Source: a virus (Duplodnaviria > Caudoviricetes). Taken from it: a stretch of DNA of 39,139 nucleotides. The notes beneath the pieces were generated by a model. That model did not search any database. It was not told the origin of the DNA and was given only the letters and a program-made list of their open reading frames with translations. This document shows, one piece after another, positions 30,849 through 38,880 of the stretch. Positions within the stretch are counted from its first letter, which is position 1. Every line of letters begins with the position of its first letter. Both the position numbers and the translations under genes were made by a program. The stretch covers positions 1 through 39,139 of the IMG/VR virus record IMGVR_UViG_3300027801_000061. One strand, given 5' to 3'.

Positions 30849-31700
30849 TCATTGTGCGAAGTGTTTGCCTTTGCAGTCGTTCCATGCTGGGCACCATTTG
30901 GCGCTGCACAGAGCGTGCTGGTCGTTCTTGGGCCAAGCGTGGTCGACACCTACGCCCTCGTACAGGGTCACGAACGAGCGTAGCTGCTCTGCAAGCCATG
31001 AGGCGTGCCCGATGTTGCGCGTTGTGTGGAACAGTTTGGCGATGGGTTGTGTGGACTTGGACACGACTGCGTATGTGAAGTCGACCTCGGCCATCGCGCT
31101 CGTAGGCGCTTCTTTCCACATCAGCTCCATGGCTGCGTCTTCGCCGTGCGCCTCGACAAGGTCAACGATGGTAGCTGCGACACAGTAGAAGGTGGGCTGG
31201 ACGTGCCAGCGGTCGATCTCCCACCCTTGGTAGCGTTCGATCTGGGCTGCGGTCTTCCAGTCCCAGATACGGCCGTTGATGTCGCGTGCGTCCCATGCGC
31301 CCTTGAGGCGTATGGTGCCGTCGGCTGTGAGGGGGACGTTGAAGAGGCGTTCGATCTCTGCAGGGTCTACTGGCGGGATCGATGGCACGACGCTGACGTT
31401 CATGCGCGATGCACAGCCCACCAGTTTTCCTCGCAGGGTGTCGTCTCCTTTGATCTGGATCCGTTCGAAGTCTTCGGCTTCCATGCGTGCGTCGAGCCAC
31501 GCCACAGCGTCCTCTTCGGCTTCGCTGTGACTCAGCCCGTGCAGACGTGACTCCATGTACTCGTGCAGGGCTGTGCCCAGCACTGTGGCGTCTGTGTCTG
31601 GCGAGTCCCATTCGGGATCGAACGCTGAACGTCTGCTGCGCTCGGGGCACAGCAGAAAGTCTTTGGCCCACGACTGACGGAACGTGTACGTCTTCCTCAT
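30849..31700 (-). CDS. Cas4 / RecB-like PD-(D/E)xK exonuclease with 4-Cys cluster
   Basis: CPER, GTALH, GAWD...WDWKT, Q..FY, C..KWC.....C; true start 31700 (ATGA overlap). Confidence 0.88.
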   Translation of the reverse strand: MRKTYTFRQSWAKDFLLCPERSRRSAFDPEWDSPDTDATVLGTALHEYMESRLHGLSHSEAEEDAVAWLDARMEAEDFERIQIKGDDTLRGKLVGCASRMNVSVVPSIPPVDPAEIERLFNVPLTADGTIRLKGAWDARDINGRIWDWKTAAQIERYQGWEIDRWHVQPTFYCVAATIVDLVEAHGEDAAMELMWKEAPTSAMAEVDFTYAVVSKSTQPIAKLFHTTRNIGHASWLAEQLRSFVTLYEGVGVDHAWPKNDQHALCSAKWCPAWNDCKGKHFAQ

Positions 31701-32209
31701 GGCCTGCGGCCTTTCCCTCGGGCGAGGCGGGTGCGTTCTGTGTTGGTGGCGGCGTCGCCGCCGTTGCGGTTCAGGAACTGGTAGAACGCCCACTGGGTGC
31801 CGTCGAACCCCATGTCGACCATGTGTCTGTACACGTCTGCCTTGGTCAGGTGTGGGTTCGCACGCCACACAGCTTCGCCGTACTTGTTGTACATGCGTCG
31901 CACAGACCTGATCCCGTGCGGTCCTCGGGCCTGGTCGGGTGACTCGTTGTGGATCTTGTACGCCTCCAAGATCTCTATCCACACAGGGTAGCGGTCCTCC
32001 TCGACCCACTCGTAGAACTCGTCCATGATCTCTGCGAAGTCATGGACACGAACCTGCTGCTCTAGGTAGTCGAGCAGCGGCAGCTCCTCAGGCACTCTGT
32101 AGACGCCCCCATGTACGTGCGTAGGAGTTGTGATGATGACATCGTCCAGATCCCTGCGTGGGCCTCCTGCGAGGATGTCGGCCATCTCGACGTTGTCCAT
32201 GTAGCCCAT
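31697..32209 (-). CDS. Hypothetical protein
   Basis: Tightly packed 170-aa ORF. Confidence 0.75.
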   Translation of the reverse strand: MGYMDNVEMADILAGGPRRDLDDVIITTPTHVHGGVYRVPEELPLLDYLEQQVRVHDFAEIMDEFYEWVEEDRYPVWIEILEAYKIHNESPDQARGPHGIRSVRRMYNKYGEAVWRANPHLTKADVYRHMVDMGFDGTQWAFYQFLNRNGGDAATNTERTRLARGKGRRP

Positions 32210-32210
32210 G

Positions 32211-32507
32211 TCAGCCGTCCAGCCCGAGGCGTGCTGGGCGGGTGTTGGGCCTGTGTGCTGGCCCTCCGCTGACCCAGAACGACATCTTTTCGTCTACGAC
32301 GACAAACATGTCGGGGCATCCGAGGGATCGGTCTGCGTGCCATTTGCGTACGGCTGCGATTGCTGACGGGAGATCGTCTGCGTGCATCTCTACGTCAACG
32401 TCGTTGCCTTCACCGAAACCGAGGATGATCTCGATCCCCATACCTGGCTCGCATTCGTCTGGGTCTGCATGTGGGTCTGCAGGGTAGATCATTGCTGATG
32501 TGTTCAT
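32211..32507 (-). CDS. Acidic hypothetical protein
   Basis: SD TAGGAG then TACACA ATG. Confidence 0.75.
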   Translation of the reverse strand: MNTSAMIYPADPHADPDECEPGMGIEIILGFGEGNDVDVEMHADDLPSAIAAVRKWHADRSLGCPDMFVVVDEKMSFWVSGGPAHRPNTRPARLGLDG

Positions 32508-32600
32508 TGTGTACTCCTATGATTGCGGGACTTGAAATCCAACTATTGCGGACATCAGGCAACCCGCCACCCCTGTGTGGGACGGCGGGCTGCTTGTCGC

Positions 32601-32792
32601 CTACAAGTCTCGACTGTGCATGAGCGGCTTGGGTGCAGGCTGCACGGCCACGCTTGTGACCCACCACTCATCTCTGTCGTTCGCTTGGAAGGTTTCCAGC
32701 ATCTGTTCGGCGATGCCTTCCATCTGCTTCAGGTACACGGCTTTGCCCTCGGGCAGCCCGTCACGTAGGTGGACGTTCAACACGAGCCTCAT
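32601..32792 (-). CDS. Hypothetical protein (63 aa, MRLVLNV...)
   Basis: ATGA overlap with the upstream gene. Confidence 0.6.
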   Translation of the reverse strand: MRLVLNVHLRDGLPEGKAVYLKQMEGIAEQMLETFQANDRDEWWVTSVAVQPAPKPLMHSRDL

Positions 32793-32980
32793 CTGATGCC
32801 TGCTGCCTGCTGCATCAGTGACGCTGCGAAGTCGTCCATCGCTTCGGCTGTGCCGCATGCGGAGCAGACCATGGTCTTGTTGTCCTTGCGGGACAACGCT
32901 CCTGGGTACAGCCCTGGCGTGTCGTTGTTGGGTATGTAGCCCTCACATGTAGGGCATATTGGCTTGGTCGTATCGGTCAT
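32789..32980 (-). CDS. Small zinc-finger protein (63 aa)
   Basis: CPTC...PGALSRKDNKTMVCSACG, a recurrent phage Zn-finger pattern. Confidence 0.8.
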   Translation of the reverse strand: MTDTTKPICPTCEGYIPNNDTPGLYPGALSRKDNKTMVCSACGTAEAMDDFAASLMQQAAGIR

Positions 32981-33060
32981 ATCGGTATCTCTCTCTGTCT
33001 GTGTGTGAACGGTTGGTGCGGGGCAGGAGCATGACGCTCCTGCCCCACAGAGGCTGCCTA

Positions 33061-33987
33061 TCAGGCTCGAACGAGGATCCGTGCGGCCTTGTTGGTCAGC
33101 GGGAAGTTGTCTTTGGCCCAGTTGCCAGCGACCCGAGCCTGACGGCCCTTGTCGTTGCCTTGTACGTGCAGCTCGTACTCGTTGACCGTCTGCAGGAAGT
33201 GCCATGCAGTCTCCTGTGAGCCGATGGTCGGCCCATCGAAGATGCGGCGCATGTCTGCACGTCGCTCCATCCAGTTTGCCTTGACACGGTCTGTGGCTTC
33301 ACCCTCGGGCTTGGGGAACAACGCTGGCATCAGCTCCTCGCCGAAGGAGACACGGCTGTACGCCTTGTCCATCAGCCCTGCAGCCCAAGCATCGAACTCG
33401 TCGAACGCTGTGTACGTCGACACGAGTGCAACCTTCGCCTCGGCCAGACGTTCATGTGCAGAAGAACGGTGCTGGATGCTGTGGAACAGCTCGCCGCCAG
33501 AGACAGCGATCTTCAGCGTGTTCTCACAGACGACTCGCATGTTGACACCCTCGATGCGGAACGAGCCGCTGCCGTGCCATGTGGAGATGAGCAGCCAACG
33601 GTGGATGGCCTCGTCTGTGCCGTCGAAGCGAGGCGACTCGCCCAAGTCGACCAGCATCCAGACGAACTTGCCGCCCCACATCTGGCCGCAGGTCTGGACG
33701 CTCAGGTCCAGCTCGTCGGCGATGTCGGCCAGCTCCGTGTTCTGCAGGATCTCGTACTTGGGTGAAACGACATCCAGCACGGCTCCCTCGGTCGTCTTCA
33801 AAGCGACGTGAGTTTCCAACGGCGTGTAGCTGTTGGTGCAGAGCAGGGCTGACTTGTGGACGCCCCAGGCAATGCCTCCTAGGTGCAGAGCTTCACGGCC
33901 TGTGCAGAAGCGGTCGATGACCGTTCCGATGCCGTGCCACGGCGTGGTGCCGCTGTTGCTCATCATGGTTTCGGGGATTGCTCCCAT
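33061..33987 (-). CDS. DUF932 / DUF945-family phage-plasmid protein
   Basis: TPWHGIG, VSPKYEILQN, GGKFVW, STWHGSGS, RVVCENTL, TAWHFLQTVNEY. Confidence 0.87.
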   Translation of the reverse strand: MGAIPETMMSNSGTTPWHGIGTVIDRFCTGREALHLGGIAWGVHKSALLCTNSYTPLETHVALKTTEGAVLDVVSPKYEILQNTELADIADELDLSVQTCGQMWGGKFVWMLVDLGESPRFDGTDEAIHRWLLISTWHGSGSFRIEGVNMRVVCENTLKIAVSGGELFHSIQHRSSAHERLAEAKVALVSTYTAFDEFDAWAAGLMDKAYSRVSFGEELMPALFPKPEGEATDRVKANWMERRADMRRIFDGPTIGSQETAWHFLQTVNEYELHVQGNDKGRQARVAGNWAKDNFPLTNKAARILVRA

Positions 33988-34077
33988 TATGTGACCTCCT
34001 GTGGTCATGTGTGTGTGAAGTCTGAAGACTTCGCCGATGCCACACAGTACGCAGACCGTGTGACATCGACGCTGCTG

Positions 34078-34371
34078 TCAGGCCAGATCGGACGGGCCGC
34101 TGTACATGGAGACGTTCCCCTTGAGTACGAGGAAGCCGCTGGTGATCATCGTCTTGACTGCCTCCCTGACCTCGTGGCGGAACGCTGCACTCTGCAGGAA
34201 GGCAGCCTGTGCCTCGGCGATCAGGTTGCGGATGTCCTGAGCACTCAGCTCCGACGCATCCTCGTCTCGGTCGGCGAGGTAGCCATCGATGATGCTCTCG
34301 ATGGTCTCTCGGGCCTCCTCGACCAGTTCGTCTGCATCGATGTTGATCTCAGATTCGAAGGGAATATCCAT
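34078..34371 (-). CDS. Acidic hypothetical protein (97 aa)
   Basis: SD GGAGGT before ATG 34371; very D/E-rich N-terminal half. Confidence 0.75.
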   Translation of the reverse strand: MDIPFESEINIDADELVEEARETIESIIDGYLADRDEDASELSAQDIRNLIAEAQAAFLQSAAFRHEVREAVKTMITSGFLVLKGNVSMYSGPSDLA

Positions 34372-34475
34372 TATGTGTACCTCCCAGGTACATGTGTGTG
34401 AAGTTGTCGGGATTGATAACTTCGTGCAACACACAGAGCCGCTGTGGCCCTGTGCCCTGCACGCTGGCATCAGTC

Positions 34476-34544
34476 CTAGCCGTTCCCGCACCTGAGTGGC
34501 TTGTCTGTGTCTGTAGTTGATGTGTCTGTGTCTGTGTCGCTCAT
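34476..34544 (-). CDS. 22-aa micro-ORF MSDTDTDTSTTDTDKPLRCGNG
   Basis: Perfect SD TAAGGAGGT immediately before the ATG. Confidence 0.45.
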   Translation of the reverse strand: MSDTDTDTSTTDTDKPLRCGNG

Positions 34545-34627
34545 GGCGACCTCCTTATGTTGGTCGAGCGATCTGCTCGGCGAGTGGTGCCCCATCACCC
34601 TATCAGGCATGGGACGGTGTCGTACAA

Positions 34628-34759
34628 TCAGAAGAGTCGAGGCTCGTTGCCGTCCCTCTCCTCAGCGATGATGCTCAGTGCGAGGGTGCCGTGGATGCCA
34701 CGGGCACGCTCCACGCGTTCCTGATGCTTGTCTGCCTGTGATCGGTCTGAGTGGTTCAT
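34628..34759 (-). CDS. Small hypothetical protein (43 aa, MNHSDRSQ...)
   Basis: ATGA overlap with the upstream gene. Confidence 0.55.
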   Translation of the reverse strand: MNHSDRSQADKHQERVERARGIHGTLALSIIAEERDGNEPRLF

Positions 34760-35019
34760 GTCTTCTTCCAGTCTGCATAGTCGTTGGGAACTTCGGGGTA
34801 CTCTGTGGGCAGCAGCGGACGTTCGTGCAGAACGTCTGCGTCTGTGAACTGATGGCCCTGCACGAAGTTGCCGTGCATGGCTGCTTCCAGCACATGGCCG
34901 AAGGCTTCGCCGTCGGCGGCTTGCCTCTTCTCACGTTCGTGGTACAGGGCCAGGATCCAGCTCCCTACGATCATGATCATGACCATGATCGCCCAGAACG
35001 CTCCCAGTGATGTGTTCAT
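34756..35019 (-). CDS. Single-TM membrane protein (87 aa)
   Basis: LGAFWAIMVMIMIVGSWILALY. Confidence 0.7.
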   Translation of the reverse strand: MNTSLGAFWAIMVMIMIVGSWILALYHEREKRQAADGEAFGHVLEAAMHGNFVQGHQFTDADVLHERPLLPTEYPEVPNDYADWKKT

Positions 35020-35128
35020 ATCTGCTCTCTTTCTGTGGCTGCTACAGCAGCCGTCTTGTGTAGGTTCTTTCTTAATGAGCGGCTCCCTGAGGGGAGCCGC
35101 GAATGCAAGGCTGGAGAACTGCGTTCTC

Positions 35129-35158
35129 ATTATAACGCAGCCCTCCAGCCCCGTACAA
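35129..35158 (-). promoter_or_regulatory. Putative promoter TTGTAC-N18-TATAAT with the -10 inside an inverted repeat
   Basis: Consensus TATAAT on the minus strand at 35129-35134. Confidence 0.5.
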
Positions 35159-35179
35159 ACACGCTCTGTGTAGTAGCCC

Positions 35180-35296
35180 CTATGTGCAGGACGTCCAGCA
35201 GGCATCTGGCCCGAGAACGTAGGGCAGGCGAGTCGCCACAAGGGCTGCTAGAGCAAGCAGTGCGGCAACGAATGCGATGTCGTAGATGCGATTCAT
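35180..35296 (-). CDS. 38-aa hydrophobic peptide (MNRIYDIAFVAALLALAALV...)
   Basis: TM-like stretch; starts 5 nt after the upstream stop. Confidence 0.5.
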   Translation of the reverse strand: MNRIYDIAFVAALLALAALVATRLPYVLGPDACWTSCT

Positions 35297-35301
35297 GCTG
35301 T

Positions 35302-35598
35302 TCAGTCCCGCAGAGCGGAGTCGCCTGCAGGACCGTCGCTGGCCCACTCGCCGTCGTCGGGGTTGTGTGGCCCGTGGTCGCCTTCTTCCATGTACAGCCA
35401 GCACGTCGGGCACAGGTAGAACTGCACAGGCCGTGGCACGTTGTTCATGATGATCTCGCGGTGTGCAGGGTGCCAGTCCCCATCGGGGAAATGCGTCTTG
35501 ACGTTGCCGCCTGCCTTGTACGCCGCGAACTTGGTCGCGGAGACTTCTACAGACTGGATGGAGCTGCAGTCGTTGCATGTGGATGTGAGTGTGATCAT
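35302..35598 (-). CDS. Early protein with two CxxC motifs
   Basis: CNDC...REII...YLCPTCW; SD TAAGGAG. Confidence 0.8.
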   Translation of the reverse strand: MITLTSTCNDCSSIQSVEVSATKFAAYKAGGNVKTHFPDGDWHPAHREIIMNNVPRPVQFYLCPTCWLYMEEGDHGPHNPDDGEWASDGPAGDSALRD

Positions 35599-35691
35599 TG
35601 TGTGTATCTCCTTATCTGTGAAGCGGGATCGCTTCAGGGAACCTTCACACCGTAGGCGGAAGGCTCCCCGCAGAGATCCTCTCTCTGTGTC

Positions 35692-35979
35692 CTAGCGCCA
35701 GACGTTCTCGCAGGCGTCGTCGTAGTCTCCCTGTGTGGCGAACAGCTTGCCGCAGCCGTTCTTCACGGTACACAGCACAGACCCCTCGGGCATGCCGACC
35801 TGCTCGGGGAAGTACGCCCCGCCCTGCAGGTGGCCTTCGCCGTTGCCTGTGCCCAGGCTGGAGCTGTGGGTGCAGATCCCGCTGCGACGCAGAGCCGCAC
35901 CGTGGCGTGCCTCTTCGACGTACAGAGCCATCTCGATGTCGGCATCCTGAATGGTTGCCTCTTCGTCGTATCCAAACAT
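35692..35979 (-). CDS. Early Cys/His protein
   Basis: CTH...C....GCG; SD AAGGAG. Confidence 0.8.
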   Translation of the reverse strand: MFGYDEEATIQDADIEMALYVEEARHGAALRRSGICTHSSSLGTGNGEGHLQGGAYFPEQVGMPEGSVLCTVKNGCGKLFATQGDYDDACENVWR

Positions 35980-36060
35980 TGTGTGTATCTCCTTGTGTAG
36001 GTGAAGCGGAGTGCTTCGTGATCCCTGCAGACAGCAATGCCTGCAGGGATCCCGCTGTAC

Positions 36061-36444
36061 TCAGCCCTGTGCAGCGCGACGGGCAAACGCCGCGTCCTCG
36101 GCATCGTTGCCGTAAGGGGCGAACTCTGCAGGCATGTCATCCGACTGCCACACAGTGACGTCCATGTCGCGCAGGCGTCGGCAGAAGAACTGGAAACGGT
36201 CTACAGCGTCCACCCAGTCGAGGTCATAGGAGCCGCTCCCCCAACCTCGCGCGTCGTCGTCGTCGAGTCGTGCATCTGTGAAGAACACGAAACGCTGCGC
36301 GGGGTTGCGGGAGCCTGTGCACATGTCTGGGGCATCCACGATGCCATGCAGAACCTGCACAGTGCCGAATCCTGCAGGCTGCACAATCGCAGCGACCAGA
36401 GTGTGGCCGTTGATGGTTGTAGGGATGGTGTGTGTGGTCGACAT
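36061..36444 (-). CDS. Early hypothetical protein (GWGSGSYD motif)
   Basis: SD AAAGGA; bounded by leader modules. Confidence 0.78.
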   Translation of the reverse strand: MSTTHTIPTTINGHTLVAAIVQPAGFGTVQVLHGIVDAPDMCTGSRNPAQRFVFFTDARLDDDDARGWGSGSYDLDWVDAVDRFQFFCRRLRDMDVTVWQSDDMPAEFAPYGNDAEDAAFARRAAQG

Positions 36445-36525
36445 GAGTCGATCCTTTCTGTATGTGTGAAGCGGAGTGCTTCAGGATCTCTACAGATATC
36501 GCTACCTGCAGAGATCCCGCTGCAA

Positions 36526-36714
36526 TCACTTGCGGCGCTTGTCTTTCGATGGTCGGAACTCTGCACGATCTCCCACAGAGACCCACTTGCCGTCGCGCTC
36601 GTTGCCGTCACAGGAACCCCTGTTTGGCCTGCAGTGTGTGCATTGGCCCTGCGCTAGGCGTGCCCTGTTGCGCTCGACCTTCGTTGTGTAGCTATCAAAT
36701 CCTCCACCAGTCAT
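36526..36714 (-). CDS. Small basic early protein with CTHC (62 aa)
   Basis: SD AGGAGG before ATG 36714. Confidence 0.72.
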   Translation of the reverse strand: MTGGGFDSYTTKVERNRARLAQGQCTHCRPNRGSCDGNERDGKWVSVGDRAEFRPSKDKRRK

Positions 36715-36724
36715 GGCGGCCTCC

Positions 36725-36742
36725 TGTGTGTGTGTGTGTGTG
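36725..36742. repeat. (TG)9 microsatellite, read as (CA)9 just upstream of an SD
   Basis: Seen directly. Confidence 0.9.
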
Positions 36743-36811
36743 ATGCGGAGCATCGGCGACGGCACCACCTCTGCAGGCGATGCCGTCGCCGTCGTCTGTA
36801 TCAGTTGATTA

Positions 36812-37051
36812 TCACAGACGGCTGCCCTTGATCACAATCGTCGCCCATGAGACCCGCCCTGCAGACTCGTTCTCCTGCACAGCGGCATCGATCTCGGCGA
36901 GCACCTCTGCAGCCCGAGCCGCCACACCGCGGAATCCTTCCTGTGCAGCGATCCGCTGATCATGGATCAGTGCAGCGCGCAGATCCATCAGCGACACAGA
37001 GATCTCTAGACCCTTTGAGTAGGTGAATGTAACTGTCTGTTCTGTAGCCAT
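36812..37051 (-). CDS. Early hypothetical protein (79 aa)
   Basis: SD AAGGAG before ATG 37051. Confidence 0.75.
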   Translation of the reverse strand: MATEQTVTFTYSKGLEISVSLMDLRAALIHDQRIAAQEGFRGVAARAAEVLAEIDAAVQENESAGRVSWATIVIKGSRL

Positions 37052-37166
37052 TTCTGTATGTCTCCTTGTGTAGGGATGCGGGATCGCATCCTTGATTGAC
37101 GCTGTAGAGCATCGGGCAACACGCCACGGGGGTACCGCGGCATGCTGCACGTCGTCTGCAGACCGA

Positions 37167-38099
37167 CTAGGCGAACGTCACAGCAACCTCTGCAGACGGG
37201 TTCCTGATGAATCCCTTGTGATCGATGTTCTTGTAGCCGCGGGGCAGCTTGTAGCGCAACCCGACGACCACGCCCTGCAGATCACGGAAACGCAGATCGT
37301 GTTTGTCGCCGTCGATCACTCTGTGGCCCACGTACGTCTGTGGCAGATCCTCACCGCGTCGCACAGTGAACGGGATCACCACGTTTCGCCCTGCAGCGAT
37401 CTCGGCGTGAATCTCGGCGTCTGTAGTGTTCTCAGTCGCCGACAGCACCCTGTACAGGTTCGGACGTGCCCAACCCATCTGCAGATCATGACGCTTGCTG
37501 TAGTCTGTGAACACCACAGACGGGAACTGCTCTGTGAGCCACACAGGCACATTCACATCCGTTGTGCCATTGATTCGCACACACAGACGCTTGCCCTTCC
37601 GCTCTACACGAGCCTTGTTCCGCCGAACCTCTGCAGCCATCTGCGACCAGAACAACGACGGCGCACCGTCTGTAGTAGCACCCGTGTTTGCGTACAGAGC
37701 CGTTCGTGCAAGCTTCGCACGCTCCGCCATCGCGAGCCTGCCTGCAGTGTGCAGACAAGCTCCCCTGCAGCCCTGTGTGCTGTGTACACACATGTTCTCG
37801 AACAGCATCTCTACAGAGTCACGCCACATCTGCGGCACAGTCTCACGCCACAGAAGCCCGCCTAGCCTGTGCGGCAACATGTAGCAGATCGCCTGCTCCC
37901 ACTCTGTAGCGTCGTCGTCGACCCACAGAGCACCATCAGGCGCCTGTGCAGACTCATTCTTCTGCAGCTTGCCCACAGCCCGCTGTGGCGTCAACAAGTA
38001 GGCGGAAAGTCCGCCACCAACCATCTGCGACACGCTCTGCAGCAACGCTGCAGAATCACCTGCAGGCAACCGCGTCCCATCGATCCTGTAATTTCCCAT
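37167..38099 (-). CDS. GP88-like protein with a Cys triad (radical-SAM-like Fe-S motif)
   Basis: NMCVHSTQGCRGACL..AGR, VRINGTTD, FTDYSK, VIDGDKHDLRF.D..GVVVGL; SD AAGGAG. Confidence 0.78.
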   Translation of the reverse strand: MGNYRIDGTRLPAGDSAALLQSVSQMVGGGLSAYLLTPQRAVGKLQKNESAQAPDGALWVDDDATEWEQAICYMLPHRLGGLLWRETVPQMWRDSVEMLFENMCVHSTQGCRGACLHTAGRLAMAERAKLARTALYANTGATTDGAPSLFWSQMAAEVRRNKARVERKGKRLCVRINGTTDVNVPVWLTEQFPSVVFTDYSKRHDLQMGWARPNLYRVLSATENTTDAEIHAEIAAGRNVVIPFTVRRGEDLPQTYVGHRVIDGDKHDLRFRDLQGVVVGLRYKLPRGYKNIDHKGFIRNPSAEVAVTFA

Positions 38100-38187
38100 T
38101 TCTGTATATCTCCTTGTGTATGTGATGTCTACTGTAGAGCATCGCGCACGCCACACACACACGCTGTGTGTGTGGCGTCCATGTCGC

Positions 38188-38379
38188 CTACAGAGCCTCG
38201 ACTATTTCGAACGTGACCCGAACGTAACGATCACGCGGCCCCGTACGTATCGGCACGTACTGTGTAGCCTTGCCTGTAGTCCTAGGCGACGTGCCCTTCT
38301 GTAGCCGCGTCCCTAGCGTGTTTATGGTTTCCAGTATTTCGATGCCTGTAGGCGCGGTGTCTGTAGCAAGCATGATCAT
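38188..38379 (-). CDS. Small early protein (63 aa)
   Basis: ATGA overlap with the upstream gene. Confidence 0.65.
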   Translation of the reverse strand: MIMLATDTAPTGIEILETINTLGTRLQKGTSPRTTGKATQYVPIRTGPRDRYVRVTFEIVEAL

Positions 38380-38780
38380 TGCGCCACGTCACCCATCAAG
38401 CGACGGCATCGCTCCCACCGCTCCCCGAAATAGGGCGCAGGAACGTCCTCTGTGTAGAAGGGCAGACGGTCATCCTGCAGACGGTACGCAATCCACTCGG
38501 CGCGTTCCTCTGCAGAGTGATCCTGCAGAAACCACAAACCCGATGCCAGACGGTCCCGCACATAACGATCATGTGCATCGTCTGTGTCATAGCTCCACAC
38601 AGTTACCGCGTGTAGGCGCAAGTTCCAAAAACCGCCCTCTGCAGAGCCTTCCGTTGTGTAGCCTCGCGGCATGTAGCGTTGGATCTCGCGCTCTGCAGAC
38701 TCCAGATCACGATCACCGCGGACGCCTATGTAGCCTAGGAATCTGTCGCCAAACCTATTGATATGTAGCTCTTGTGTCAT
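38376..38780 (-). CDS. Early hypothetical protein (134 aa)
   Basis: ACACA-ATG leader like neighbouring early genes; YVRDRLASGLW motif. Confidence 0.75.
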   Translation of the reverse strand: MTQELHINRFGDRFLGYIGVRGDRDLESAEREIQRYMPRGYTTEGSAEGGFWNLRLHAVTVWSYDTDDAHDRYVRDRLASGLWFLQDHSAEERAEWIAYRLQDDRLPFYTEDVPAPYFGERWERCRRLMGDVAQ

Positions 38781-38794
38781 TGTGTGCATCTTTC

Positions 38795-38812
38795 TGTGTG
38801 TGTGTGTGTGTG
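38795..38812. repeat. (TG)9 microsatellite in an early-gene leader
   Basis: Seen directly. Confidence 0.9.
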
Positions 38813-38880
38813 CGATGCCTGTAGGGCATCCCGCACGCTACCGACTAACTAGGGTCGGCCGATAGCGTGCCAGTCGCCTA

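Noticed and set aside
30849-32009. Long N-terminal extensions in the ORF track (also 28137-29117, 30258-30848, 32789-33205, 34078-34491, 34756-35241, 37167-38162)
   Set aside because: They overlap upstream genes or structured leaders. Internal ATGs with clear SDs or ATGA coupling give better starts.
34372-34544. Stop-codon reassignment or readthrough extending the 22-aa ORF
   Set aside because: Two different stops (TAG then TGA) follow within three codons, and all conserved genes are intact under the standard code.
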